In this document: piece by piece, positions 27,555-37,510 of the stretch
Layout of the letters: each line of letters begins with the position of its first letter
Position numbering within the stretch: position 1 is the first letter of the stretch
Source: Bacteroidales bacterium
GTDB taxonomy: Bacteria > Bacteroidota > Bacteroidia > Bacteroidales > UBA7960
Reading direction: 5' to 3'
DNA length: 64,000 nt
Assembly: GCA_003567205.1 (NCBI GenBank)
Contig: PXAA01000067.1
Location: 1,578-65,577, forward strand
The notes under the pieces: generated by a model
Told to the model about the DNA's origin: nothing
The model's input: only the letters and a program-made list of their open reading frames with translations
The model's database searches: none
Translations under genes and position numbers: made by a program

Positions 27555-28549
27555 ACTCTTTTGGCCGTTTATTCAGGACACAATTATTCGGGGAGTCGCA
27601 CGGGCCTTATATAGGGCTTGTCATTGACGGCTGCCCCCCAGGCATTCCGCTATCCGAAGATGATTTTCTGGCTGACCTGGGCCGGCGAAAAGCCGGGGCC
27701 CGGGGTACCACCCCCCGCAAGGAGGATGATTTACCACAAATCATATCCGGCTGTTACAAAGCATATACCTGCGGTACACCCCTTACCATTTTGTTTGCCA
27801 ACAAGAATGTCCGTCCGGGTGATTATGCCCATCTGGCAAGCATCCCCCGTCCCGGGCATGCCGACCTGGTGGCACAGCAACGCTTTGGCGGCTTCAACGA
27901 CCCCCGTGGCGGCGGTCATTTTTCCGGAAGGCTCACCCTTGCCCTTGTGGCGGGTGGCGTGGTGGCAAAAAAAATCCTTTCAGGGATTGATATTTCGGCA
28001 AAACTCATCCAGGCAGGAGGCCAGAAAGACATTGACCTGGCAGTAGAACAAGCATTGTCCGACGGAGACAGCATCGGCGGCGTGGTGGAATGCCGCGCTA
28101 ACAATATCCCTGCCGGCTGGGGGGAACCTTTTTTCGATTCGGCGGAATCGGTAATCAGCCACCTGGCTTTTTCCGTACCGGCCATCAAGGGCATCGAGTT
28201 TGGTTCAGGATTTCAGGCAGCCGCGATGAAAGGCAGCGAGCACAACGATCCCATCATCAATAAAAAAGGAGAAACCGCCTCAAACAATTCCGGTGGCATA
28301 ACCGGCGGACTTACCAACAGCAATGAACTGGTTTTTCGTGTGGCGGTAAAACCCACATCGAGCATCGCAAAAAAACAGAAAAGCCTCAATATGGAGACGG
28401 GCAAGATGGCCAACCTAACAATCAAGGGGCGGCACGATGCCTGCATCGCCCTGAGGGTGCCTGTGGTGATCGAGGCCATCACGGCCATTGCCCTGGCCGA
28501 TTTTAAACTGCTGTCGGAGGCATTTGGTGGTGCAACAGTAAAAACCTGA
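27551..28549 (+). CDS. aroC: Chorismate synthase
   Basis: FGESHG, RPGHAD, GGGHFSGR, KPTSSI, GRHDACIA. Confidence 0.96.
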   Translation: MNSFGRLFRTQLFGESHGPYIGLVIDGCPPGIPLSEDDFLADLGRRKAGARGTTPRKEDDLPQIISGCYKAYTCGTPLTILFANKNVRPGDYAHLASIPRPGHADLVAQQRFGGFNDPRGGGHFSGRLTLALVAGGVVAKKILSGIDISAKLIQAGGQKDIDLAVEQALSDGDSIGGVVECRANNIPAGWGEPFFDSAESVISHLAFSVPAIKGIEFGSGFQAAAMKGSEHNDPIINKKGETASNNSGGITGGLTNSNELVFRVAVKPTSSIAKKQKSLNMETGKMANLTIKGRHDACIALRVPVVIEAITAIALADFKLLSEAFGGATVKT

Positions 28550-28558
28550 AAAACTGTA

Positions 28559-28837
28559 TCACTGTAGCTGCGCCAGCGCCTCTTTTACAGTTTCAACCGG
28601 CAATTTGCAGTACCCCATGCCACATACATAGATCATGGTTTTGCCCGGCACAAAGCGTTGTGCGAAGACCGGCAGTTCACCCCCGTCCACTTCCCTTTCC
28701 ATCACATGGCACCAGTGGCAGGCCGAATAGCCAATACTTACCAGCAGCGGCTTATTTTCTTTGCGGGCTTTGGCCAGGGCTTCTTCCCCCCAGGGATACC
28801 AATCGACCGGATTATGCACATGCTGCATAAGATACGG
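28559..28837 (-). pseudogene. YyaL/SSP411 (DUF255 thioredoxin-domain protein) remnant with N- and C-termini fused
   Basis: [17 protein letters not shown]...[15 protein letters not shown] fused in frame to [12 protein letters not shown]...; about 90 aa versus roughly 670 aa for the family. Confidence 0.85.
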
Positions 28838-29277
28838 GCCTGCTTGTGGATCATGCTGGATACATTGATAATCCGGGCCGGTGCACTGGCTTTGATGATG
28901 TCAATCAGCAAATTGGTAAGCAGAAAAGGCGCAAGATGGTTTACCGCAAAATTCATTTCAATGCCATCGTCAGACTGCCGGCGTTTCATCTCCCAGATAC
29001 CTGCATTATTTATCAGAATATGCAAGCGGTCATGTTTTTCACGGAATGCTTCTGCAAACTGTCTGATGGAATTCATAGAGGCCAAATTGCATGACATCAC
29101 CTCTACCGAAGCATTTCCGGTTTTATCCCGGATTTCTTTTTTCAGGGCCTCTCCTTTCTCTGTACTGCGCACCGGCAACACAAGCTCAGCCCCCCGGCGG
29201 GCCAGTGTCATGGCCGTTACACGTCCGATGCCTGAGGTGGCGCCTGTGATGATTGCTGTTTTTCCTTTGATGTCCAT
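28838..29277 (-). pseudogene. 3'-truncated short-chain dehydrogenase (retinol dehydrogenase-like SDR)
   Basis: TGATSGIG, NNAG, VNHLAPFLLT, INVSS; breaks before the catalytic YxxxK and reads out of frame into the YyaL remnant (ORF stop at 28738). Confidence 0.82.
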
Positions 29278-29380
29278 TCGTTTATATTATATGTTTTATG
29301 TCTAAGAACATTTTTTTGGATAGATTTGTTTGAATGGTAATGACAAGACCGGGCCCCGGCGCCCGGCTAAGTAACTATCA

Positions 29381-30559
29381 ATGAAACCCAAAATGGCTTT
29401 TCTTATTTTTTTCACCATCGTACTGACCATCTATGCCCTGGCAAATTACTACATTTTTATACGCGGACTGCAGGCCCTGCCTTCAGACAGCCCATTCAGG
29501 ACGTATTACATATGGCTTTTCTGGGTTTTGGCGTCCACGTATGTAACCGGACGGATCCTGGAGAATATCTACCTGAGCACCCTCAGCGATATTTTGGTCT
29601 GGACGGGTTCGTTCTGGCTCGGAGCCATGCTGTACTTCTTTTTGCTGGTGCTGTTTGTTGATTTGCTGCGGCTGGTCAACCAAATTATTCCTTTTTTTCC
29701 TGCGGTGGTGGCCGCCAATATGGGCAAGGTACGCATGCTGGTTTTTGCTGGCTCAGTGGCACTGGTAACGCTCACGCTCATTGGCGGACACATCAACACG
29801 CGTTATCCCCGGATCAGGCAACTGGATATTCACATCAACAAAGAAGCAGGTACATTAAATAACCTAAGGGTAGTGATGATGTCTGATATTCACATGGGTA
29901 CCCTGGTTGGCAACGGACAGTTGCGCAACATCCTTGACAGGGTCCGGTCGCTCGAACCCGACATCATCCTGCTGGCCGGCGACATCCTTGATGAGGACCT
30001 GGCCCCGGTAATCCGTAAAAATACAGGGGAAATCCTCCGGGAACTACAGGCCCCGTTGGGCGTATATGGCATAATGGGCAACCATGAGCATATTGGTGGA
30101 TCCGAAAAAGCACAGCAATACCTCGAAAACCATGGTATTCACATCATACGTGACAGCGTTGTGAAGGTGGCTGAAAGTTTTTATCTGGTCGGTCGCGACG
30201 ACCGCGACAAAGCCAGATTTACCGGACGAAAACGCAAACCGCTTTCCGAACTGATCGATATGACAGATAAAAGCTATCCGGTTATCCTGCTTGACCATCA
30301 ACCTTTTTACCTGGAAAAAGCAGCCGGATCAGGGGTGGATCTGCAGTTGTCAGGACATACCCACCACGGGCAAATGTGGCCCCTGAGCTATATTACCCGG
30401 GCCATGTATACCATCAGCTACGGATACGGTCAGGTGAATGGCATGCATGCCTATGTTTCCAATGGTGTCGGCACATGGGGGCCACCGGTACGTGTGGGCA
30501 AACGTCCGGAGATTGTAAACCTGAAAATACGTTTTGGGAAAACGGATCAAACAGACTAG
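29381..30559 (+). CDS. Membrane-anchored metallophosphoesterase (YkuE-like)
   Basis: N-terminal TM helices; SDIH, GD, GNHE, SGHTHHGQ, GTWGPPVR. Confidence 0.92.
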   Translation: MKPKMAFLIFFTIVLTIYALANYYIFIRGLQALPSDSPFRTYYIWLFWVLASTYVTGRILENIYLSTLSDILVWTGSFWLGAMLYFFLLVLFVDLLRLVNQIIPFFPAVVAANMGKVRMLVFAGSVALVTLTLIGGHINTRYPRIRQLDIHINKEAGTLNNLRVVMMSDIHMGTLVGNGQLRNILDRVRSLEPDIILLAGDILDEDLAPVIRKNTGEILRELQAPLGVYGIMGNHEHIGGSEKAQQYLENHGIHIIRDSVVKVAESFYLVGRDDRDKARFTGRKRKPLSELIDMTDKSYPVILLDHQPFYLEKAAGSGVDLQLSGHTHHGQMWPLSYITRAMYTISYGYGQVNGMHAYVSNGVGTWGPPVRVGKRPEIVNLKIRFGKTDQTD

Positions 30560-30652
30560 TGCCGTGTCAATGCTATTGTGTCGGTTAAGTCGCAGAGATG
30601 AGGAAAAAGATCAAGACTTGGGCCGGCTAAAATAGCGTTGACATGACACTAG
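30556..30652. mobile_element. MITE-like 89-bp element with imperfect terminal inverted repeats flanked by CTAG
   Basis: Left TGCCGTGTCAATGCTATT...AAGTC versus right GACTT...AATAGCGTTGACATGACA; CTAG at 30556-30559 and 30649-30652. Confidence 0.6.
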
Positions 30653-30924
30653 AAGCATGCCGTGGTATCTTCCTGATTTTGCTTTTCTTTTTTGGGTTTT
30701 CCGAATAAACGGCTTAAGAAACCGCCTGCTTTTGACATAACGCCAATGGCATATGTTATTCCGCCGGAAACACGGCGCAAACCGGAAAAAAAGGTAAACA
30801 TCCGTTCCACCGCCCGGAAGCTTTCCATCATTTTGGTTTCGGCGATCAAAGCTTCATAGCGCAACCGCGCCTTCTCAACCCTGATGTCCTTCATACTCCT
30901 GATATCCTTCAACGATTCCAGCAT
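30649..30924 (-). CDS. Small hypothetical protein, third gene of the YtxH/YqjE-like triad
   Basis: IRSMKDIRVEKARLRYE helix; operon context; alternative TTG start at 30933. Confidence 0.6.
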   Translation of the reverse strand: MLESLKDIRSMKDIRVEKARLRYEALIAETKMMESFRAVERMFTFFSGLRRVSGGITYAIGVMSKAGGFLSRLFGKPKKEKQNQEDTTACF

Positions 30925-30936
30925 AACGACCAAGCA

Positions 30937-30957
30937 CTAATTACTGATTACTAATTA
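30937..30957. repeat. 7-bp tandem repeat x3
   Basis: CTAATTA CTGATTA CTAATTA fills the intergenic gap. Confidence 0.6.
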
Positions 30958-30958
30958 C

Positions 30959-31315
30959 TTACTCCTTATCATGCATAAACACATCGCGCAAGATCCGGAT
31001 GGCTGCACGTCCGAAAATTTTCCTGCGCCCGAGGTAAAAAATACACAAGATCAGCAGGTAAAAACCCCCGACTATGAGCATGCCGAGGCCAAAGGATTCC
31101 AGCAAAACACCAAGGTACACAGCCGCAGCCCCTGACAAAAACAACAATGCCAGCAACGCCGCCATCAACACTATGATGTTGGCCATACATAAACTGAGCA
31201 CCTTGGCTGCCTTCTCAAAGGCCACGATTCCGTAATACGAAATCTTGGTTTCCAGGTATTTCTGCAAATTATCCTTTAAAGCGGCAATGTGTGCCAACAA
31301 TTCTTTGCCATCCAT
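30959..31315 (-). CDS. YqjE/phage-holin-family small membrane protein
   Basis: Two TM helices, KYLETKI, GMLIVGGFYLL. Confidence 0.7.
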   Translation of the reverse strand: MDGKELLAHIAALKDNLQKYLETKISYYGIVAFEKAAKVLSLCMANIIVLMAALLALLFLSGAAAVYLGVLLESFGLGMLIVGGFYLLILCIFYLGRRKIFGRAAIRILRDVFMHDKE

Positions 31316-31330
31316 AAACGGGCGGATTGG

Positions 31331-31588
31331 TTATGCTTTGGGTTCTTCCGGTGCAGCTTTTTTAATCCTGGCCTTTGCATCATCTGCCTTGCCTGACACA
31401 TACTGCTTCAACTCATCGATCTTGACATCCACCTGTTTTACCAACTCGTCAGAATACTCTTTTCCCTTCTCTTTAAGCCTTTTGCGTGTTTCGTCGCCGG
31501 AGGTTGGCGCAAACAAAAAGCCTGCTGCAAGCCCAACAGCAGCTCCAAAAATAAAACCACACAAAATTTTTCCATTTGAATTACTCAT
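31331..31588 (-). CDS. YtxH-domain protein
   Basis: GFIFGAAVGLAAGFLFAPTSGDETRKRL. Confidence 0.88.
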   Translation of the reverse strand: MSNSNGKILCGFIFGAAVGLAAGFLFAPTSGDETRKRLKEKGKEYSDELVKQVDVKIDELKQYVSGKADDAKARIKKAAPEEPKA

Positions 31589-31859
31589 AATATATCCAAT
31601 TTTGGGTTAAACAATCGATTAAAAAAATCAAAAAACAAAAATTCCTTTGTATTTTAACTATATAACAAAGATATGTAAAAATACTGAAAATCGCAATTTT
31701 TATAACGATTTTAGCGTTAAACCTAACATTTTCGACGCATCTGCGTATACATCATTTACAGGATCATGTATTGTTGTATATTTATACGAAGAAGCAACAG
31801 GGTTTGTTACCATCGCGGCCTGATATCAGGCAACGATTTTATTGTTTAACACGAGTGAC

Positions 31860-32360
31860 ATGATAAAAAAAGAACTATCCATGCATTACTACGAGGTGGA
31901 TGACATTGCCATGCTTCCCGAAGACGAACAAAATCTCGTAGAGTTGGCCCGCGAAATGTGCGACAAAGCGTATGCCCCGTATTCTGCATTTTATGTGGGT
32001 GCCGCTGTATTACTTGAAAATGGTGAAATCATCAAAGGCTCAAACCAGGAAAACGGGGCCTATCCCAGCGGGTTATGCGCTGAACGGGTGGCTGCCTTTG
32101 CAGCCTCCGCCATGTTTCCGAACGTGCCAATGAAGAAGATTGCTATCAGCGCCCGTTCTAACCGCATGCAGGTTGAAGGTCCGGTATCTCCCTGCGGCGC
32201 ATGCCGCCAGGTACTAATGGAATATGAATCATCGCAGGGCAGTCCCATGAAAATAATACTCAGTAAAGAAGACGGGAAAATCTATATCATCAGCAAAGTA
32301 GAGGACCTTCTACCCCTGTCCTTTTCCGGCAACGGACTCAAAAGGAAAAAGCAAACCTAA
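31860..32360 (+). CDS. cdd: Cytidine deaminase
   Basis: AYAPYSAFYVGAA, ENGAYPSGLCAER, PCGACRQ. Confidence 0.95.
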   Translation: MIKKELSMHYYEVDDIAMLPEDEQNLVELAREMCDKAYAPYSAFYVGAAVLLENGEIIKGSNQENGAYPSGLCAERVAAFAASAMFPNVPMKKIAISARSNRMQVEGPVSPCGACRQVLMEYESSQGSPMKIILSKEDGKIYIISKVEDLLPLSFSGNGLKRKKQT

Positions 32361-32385
32361 CCCCAGGCTCCAACCCCCATACCCC

Positions 32386-33264
32386 ATGCCTTTTAACAAA
32401 CTGATTGCCCTCGTACTTTTCTGCAGCCTGATTACGCCCCTGTTTGCCGGAGAAGAAAAACCGGCATATCGCTTATTTGACCGGGAAGGAAATCCAACTT
32501 CCTATTCCCAAATGTTGTCAGCTTCTTCGGAGCCGGAGGTCATTTTGTTTGGTGAGTTACATAACAATCCGATTGCCCATTGGCTGCAGTATGAGTTGAG
32601 CCGGGACCTGCACGCAATCTTTGATTCAAGCCTGGTGCTCGGGGCAGAAATGTTTGAGTCCGATGACCAGATCATCCTGGATGAGTACTTCAGCGGACAG
32701 ATCATGGAACGCCATTTCACAGCCGAAGCCAAAATCTGGAATAACTATGAAACTGATTACAGGCCCCTTGTGGAACTGGCAAGGGAAAACGGACTCGGAT
32801 TTATTGCCACCAATATACCGAGGCGCTATGCCTCGCTTGTGCACCGCAACGGATTTGAAGCACTGGAAGATGTGAGCGTGCAAGGAAAGTCATATATTGC
32901 CCCGCTACCGATCCCTTACGACCCGGACTTGCCTGGCTATAAAGCCATGCTTGAGATGGAAGGCCTGCCGGTCCACCTCAGCGAAAACTTTCCGAAAGCG
33001 CAAGCCATTAAGGATGCCACCATGGCACACTTCATTATTCAAAACCTGAATCCCGAAGGGGTTTTTATCCACTTCAACGGTTCCTATCACTCCAACAATG
33101 ACGAAGGCATTGGCTGGTACCTGCGCGAGTATGCCGAAGAAGCCTTGTCTGTTATAACCATCACTACGGTGGAACAGGAAAACATCGGTGAACTCGGGGA
33201 AGAACACCACGGATTGGCGGATTTCATTATCGTTGTGCCATTAAGCATGACAAAAACCTACTAG
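32386..33264 (+). CDS. ChaN-family (DUF399) exported protein
   Basis: Signal peptide; FGELHNN, GAEMFE, NIPR, QAIKDATMA, HFNGSYHS. Confidence 0.82.
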   Translation: MPFNKLIALVLFCSLITPLFAGEEKPAYRLFDREGNPTSYSQMLSASSEPEVILFGELHNNPIAHWLQYELSRDLHAIFDSSLVLGAEMFESDDQIILDEYFSGQIMERHFTAEAKIWNNYETDYRPLVELARENGLGFIATNIPRRYASLVHRNGFEALEDVSVQGKSYIAPLPIPYDPDLPGYKAMLEMEGLPVHLSENFPKAQAIKDATMAHFIIQNLNPEGVFIHFNGSYHSNNDEGIGWYLREYAEEALSVITITTVEQENIGELGEEHHGLADFIIVVPLSMTKTY

Positions 33265-33313
33265 CACATTTATTTCGATAAATTATGCTATATTTGCGAT
33301 TATTTACATAATC

Positions 33314-34423
33314 GTGAACCAGGAACTATTATACCGGATTGCCCTCACCCAGGTCCGGGGTGTGGGAGATGTCAGGGCTAAGCGGCTGATCAGGTACTGC
33401 GGCAGCGCCCGGCAGGTTTTCAAAGAACAGTTGCCGGTGCTGATGAAGATCCCGGGTGTCGGGGCGCACATAGGCCGCGGTTTATGGGGCCGCCAGCTAT
33501 TTGACCGTGCAGAGGCAGAAATCCGCTTCATGCAAAAAAACGGCATCAGGGCCCTTTTTTACCAGGACAAAGACTATCCCTCCCGCCTGAAAGAGTGTGA
33601 AGACGGACCATTGCTTTTGTATATAAAGGGAAATACCGACCTGAACCACCCCAGGATGGTGGCCATCGTGGGGGCACGCAATATGACGGCCTATGGCCGG
33701 GAGCAATGCGAACAAATCGTCCGGGAACTGGTGCCATACCAGGCCATGATCATCAGCGGACTGGCCTACGGGGTGGATGCATGTTCCCACCGGGCCGCCC
33801 TGGATCACAAACTACCCACAGCAGCGGTATTGGGGCACGGCCTGGACAGGGTTTATCCACACTTGCATCATAAGCTGGCAAAACAGATCGCGGCAGAAGG
33901 TGCCCTGCTGAGTGATTATATAACAGGCAACAAACCGGGCCCCGAAAACTTTCCCAAACGCAACCGCATCATCGCAGGCCTGTGTGATGCCATTATCGTC
34001 GTTGAGGCAGCCCTGACCGGTGGCGCACTGATCACGGCCAACATTGCCAACACCTACAACCGCGATGTGTTTGCAGTGCCGGGTAAGATAAGTGACAAAT
34101 TCAGCCAGGGCTGCAACAAGCTCATCAAGATCCACAAGGCCCATTTGCTGGAAACGGTTGCTGATTTACAATACATTATGAACTGGGAACCGGGCAACAC
34201 AAAAAACAAGGGCATGCAAACAAGCCTTTTTGTCAGCCTGACGGACGAGGAAAAAAAACTGGCCGGGTTTTTGAAAACCCATCCTGAAGCCGGCATTGAC
34301 CGTATCGTAACCGGCACGGGATTTAACCTCAGCAAAGCCACTTCTATTCTTTTGAGTTTAGAATTCAAGGGTGTGGTGAGGCCCCTGCCCGGTAAAATTT
34401 TTCAACTCAAGGCCAACATTTAA
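33314..34423 (+). CDS. dprA: DNA-processing protein DprA
   Basis: AIVGAR, SGLAYGVD, FPKRNRIIAG, GGALITA, FAVPG; TATATTTG at 33289-33296. Confidence 0.96.
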   Translation: MNQELLYRIALTQVRGVGDVRAKRLIRYCGSARQVFKEQLPVLMKIPGVGAHIGRGLWGRQLFDRAEAEIRFMQKNGIRALFYQDKDYPSRLKECEDGPLLLYIKGNTDLNHPRMVAIVGARNMTAYGREQCEQIVRELVPYQAMIISGLAYGVDACSHRAALDHKLPTAAVLGHGLDRVYPHLHHKLAKQIAAEGALLSDYITGNKPGPENFPKRNRIIAGLCDAIIVVEAALTGGALITANIANTYNRDVFAVPGKISDKFSQGCNKLIKIHKAHLLETVADLQYIMNWEPGNTKNKGMQTSLFVSLTDEEKKLAGFLKTHPEAGIDRIVTGTGFNLSKATSILLSLEFKGVVRPLPGKIFQLKANI

Positions 34424-34488
34424 ACTTTTTTCCCTAATGATTTCCGGGCGGATGTTGTATCTTTGCTGACATAAAATTTTTTGTCATT

Positions 34489-36303
34489 ATGACAGGAATA
34501 AAAACCACTGGCGTGCCCGCAGTACTCGTCGCCTTGTGGATACTCTTTCTTTTGTTTCCGCATCATGCCGAAGCCAGGGATTACCACATGAACGGACTGG
34601 ATATCACCATTGCGCTCGACCAGGGGGGCCGGATTCAGGTGCAGGAAGACAGGGCATTCACTTTTGACGGGCATTTTTCTGAAGTGTACCGGACCTTCCC
34701 GGTCAACGGCAAAGCAAGCTTCGACAACATTCGTGTATTTGAGGGGGAAATAGAATACCCGCGCGCAAACACGAAAGCACCCGGCACCATCCGGCTGATA
34801 GGAAATTACAACCATAAAGAACTTCAGATATTTTTTGACGCGGCCGATACCACGCGTGTTTTCAGCATCCGCTATACGGTAACCGGGGCCTTGGATAAAT
34901 ACGAAGATGCTGCCCTGTTGTATTATCAGATCATATCGGACCAATGGACAAAACCAATCCACAATATCCGTGCACTCATCATCCCGCCGGAACCATTAAA
35001 CGAGGCAGAACCTGTTCACTGGGTTCACGGTTCCCTGGATGCTGTTTCACAGATTCTTGACACGGGCATTGTGGATATTGCCCTGGATCATTTGCCTGCA
35101 AAACACTATTTGGAAATCAGGGCGCTATATCCACCGGGTATATTTCCCGGCCTTGCCGCGCGGGAGGGGGAGATCAGGAAAGCTGTTATGGACGAAGCCA
35201 CTGCACTGGTTGAAGAAGCCAACCGCCTGCGGGCAGAAGCCATAGCCCGCAGGGAAAGGCAAGAGGCACGCCACCAGACCGGGAAACGAATCGCCATTCC
35301 CCTGGCCCTTTTGCTTATTCTTCTCTGGGCCTATCTGTTCAGCAAATACGGAAGGCGGCCCGGGCTTAAGGAGAAACCCGGTGCCTTTTCCAGGTTGCCA
35401 GACAAAGACCCCCCGGCCTTGATCAACTACCTGATGTTTTCCACTCACATCACCGGAAACGCACTGACTTCAACATTATTCCATCTGGCCTCCAGGGGCT
35501 TTGTCAGGATTGAAGAAAAAGAGAAAAAATCACTGTTTGGAAAAAAAGGGAAAACAGAAATACATTTTGTGCTTGAACAAGCCCATTTTAAAAACAATAC
35601 GGATGCGTTAACCACTTATGAAAAAGATCTGCTCCGGTTTCTTTTTGTTGGCCTGGCAGAAACAAAAGGCCGGATCGATCTCAGAAGAATCAGGAAAAAG
35701 CCTGGTAAAATGCGGTCTTTCTTCCGGAAATGGCAAAAAAAAGTAAAAAAAGAAGCCCAAAAGAAAGACTGGTTCGACAAGGAAAGCAGAAAGGGACAAG
35801 TCATTGGCCTGATCACCGGTTTTCTGGCATTCATCGGAGGTGTCATCTCAACGACAATTTATGGCTTATGGATGTTTATTCCAGCCGGAGCGGCCCTTGT
35901 GCTGACCATCGCCTCCATTTTTATTTTTCATCGTACAGAAGAAGGCGAGAAAGCCTATCGACAGTGGCAGTCATTAAAACAATACCTCAGGCGCTTTCAT
36001 TTTGAGTCAGAAACAAAAAAGCTGGATGCCGAAACAGTCAACGAATACCTGGTTTACGGCCTTTCCCTTGGATTGGGTTCGGGATATTTTAAAAAACTCA
36101 GCCGGGGCCTGGAGCATTCAGGACACACAGGATATCTGGCCTGGATTGTCTTACACCATTCCAGCATGGGTTCTGTTGGCAAAACCATTAACCAGATCAT
36201 CACGGTTACCAGCACCACCATGAGTTCGGCCAGCGGCACCGGCGGCGGCGGAACCATGGGCGGCGGAGGCGGCGTGGCTTCGGGCGGAGGCGGCGCCAGG
36301 TAA
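34489..36303 (+). CDS. DUF2207-domain membrane protein
   Basis: Signal peptide, extracytoplasmic domain, TM helices, YLVYGLSLG, Gly-rich C-terminus; TATCTTTG at 34458-34465. Confidence 0.85.
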   Translation: MTGIKTTGVPAVLVALWILFLLFPHHAEARDYHMNGLDITIALDQGGRIQVQEDRAFTFDGHFSEVYRTFPVNGKASFDNIRVFEGEIEYPRANTKAPGTIRLIGNYNHKELQIFFDAADTTRVFSIRYTVTGALDKYEDAALLYYQIISDQWTKPIHNIRALIIPPEPLNEAEPVHWVHGSLDAVSQILDTGIVDIALDHLPAKHYLEIRALYPPGIFPGLAAREGEIRKAVMDEATALVEEANRLRAEAIARRERQEARHQTGKRIAIPLALLLILLWAYLFSKYGRRPGLKEKPGAFSRLPDKDPPALINYLMFSTHITGNALTSTLFHLASRGFVRIEEKEKKSLFGKKGKTEIHFVLEQAHFKNNTDALTTYEKDLLRFLFVGLAETKGRIDLRRIRKKPGKMRSFFRKWQKKVKKEAQKKDWFDKESRKGQVIGLITGFLAFIGGVISTTIYGLWMFIPAGAALVLTIASIFIFHRTEEGEKAYRQWQSLKQYLRRFHFESETKKLDAETVNEYLVYGLSLGLGSGYFKKLSRGLEHSGHTGYLAWIVLHHSSMGSVGKTINQIITVTSTTMSSASGTGGGGTMGGGGGVASGGGGAR

Positions 36304-36344
36304 TATTTTTTTATTAATTTCGCGAAACAATCCAGTTTATAATT

Positions 36345-37226
36345 ATGGCCAGGCAGGAAGACAAGATCATTGGCAGACGCTTGAAGTCTTCATACATTTC
36401 GACAGTGGTAAGTATCACCCTGGTATTGTTTGTATTGGGCCTGCTTGGTTTGATCATACTCCATGCTCAGAAACTTTCGGAACACGTCAGGGAAAGCATT
36501 GCCCTTGCAGCCTATATCGATGATGACGCCAGTACGTCCCAGATCAACAACCTGCAAAAAGCCCTTGATGAGATGCCCGCAGTAGCAGGCGTCCGCTTTA
36601 TTTCACGAGAAGAAGCGGCAGAAGACCTGACGATGGAGCTGGGGGAAGACTTTCTGGATTTTTTGGGTTACAATCCCCTGTCGGCATCCATGGTCATCAA
36701 CCTCAAAGCAGCCTATACTAACCCCGACAGCCTGCAAATGTTTGAAGAGAAGCTAAGCCGATACCGTATCGTTACGGATGTGGATTATCAGCAATCGCTG
36801 GTGCACCTGGTCCATAAAAATGTACGGCGCATTGGGATTGCGCTGTTTGCTTTCAGTTTCCTGCTGCTGATCATCGCTTTTGCCCTGATCAACAACACCA
36901 TCCGGCTCAGCGTATTTTCCAAACGTTTTCTGATCAAAAGCATGCAGCTGGTGGGTGCCACCCAGGGTTTTATCCGAAGGCCCTTCATTGTAAGGGGCGT
37001 GATCCAGGGCATTATCGGGGCAGGGATCACCATTCTTTTGCTCCTTCTAAGCCTCTACACAGGCCAGCAACAAATACCTGAACTGGCGATGTTTTATGAC
37101 ACCCATATGCTTCTGGTTCTTTTTGCTGCCGTTTTATTGCTCGGCGTGATTATCAGCTGGGTATCCACTTATTTTGCCGTAAGGAAGTACCTCAACATCA
37201 AAACCGACTTCTTGTATTATTATTAG
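36345..37226 (+). CDS. ftsX: Cell division permease FtsX
   Basis: YISTVVSITLVL, LGYNPL, INNTIRL, MQLVGAT, FIRRPF. Confidence 0.92.
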   Translation: MARQEDKIIGRRLKSSYISTVVSITLVLFVLGLLGLIILHAQKLSEHVRESIALAAYIDDDASTSQINNLQKALDEMPAVAGVRFISREEAAEDLTMELGEDFLDFLGYNPLSASMVINLKAAYTNPDSLQMFEEKLSRYRIVTDVDYQQSLVHLVHKNVRRIGIALFAFSFLLLIIAFALINNTIRLSVFSKRFLIKSMQLVGATQGFIRRPFIVRGVIQGIIGAGITILLLLLSLYTGQQQIPELAMFYDTHMLLVLFAAVLLLGVIISWVSTYFAVRKYLNIKTDFLYYY

Positions 37227-37234
37227 CTTGACAT

Positions 37235-37498
37235 ATGAAAAAAACACAAGGTAGCGTATTGCTTTTTGACAAGCACAAATACACGTGGCTTATCATTGGC
37301 CTGGTCGTGACCGCCATTGGCTTTCTCTTGATGATCGGGGGCAGCAGCGACGATCCTGCCGTATTCAGCGAGGACATATTCAGCTTCAGAAGGCTGACAC
37401 TGGCGCCCATACTGGTATTGGCAGGGTATGCCATACAGATCTATGCCATCATGAAGAAAACGACCAATACCCCGGACAAACCAGGACAAAAAAAATAA
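37235..37498 (+). CDS. DUF3098-family membrane protein
   Basis: GFLLMIGG, IFSFRRLTLAP; usual ftsX-uppP context. Confidence 0.85.
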   Translation: MKKTQGSVLLFDKHKYTWLIIGLVVTAIGFLLMIGGSSDDPAVFSEDIFSFRRLTLAPILVLAGYAIQIYAIMKKTTNTPDKPGQKK

Positions 37499-37510
37499 CC
37501 CCCTCTCCTT

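Noticed and set aside
27551-28549. Short AroC (332 aa) as another deletion victim
   Set aside because: All signature motifs are present and, from recall, short forms occur naturally in Bacteroidota
29348-29367. GC-rich hairpin between the SDR and the phosphoesterase
   Set aside because: No U-tract on either strand and it lies between divergent starts; no supportable role
36229-36300. GGC-rich low-complexity tract
   Set aside because: Encodes the normal Gly-rich tail of DUF2207 proteins
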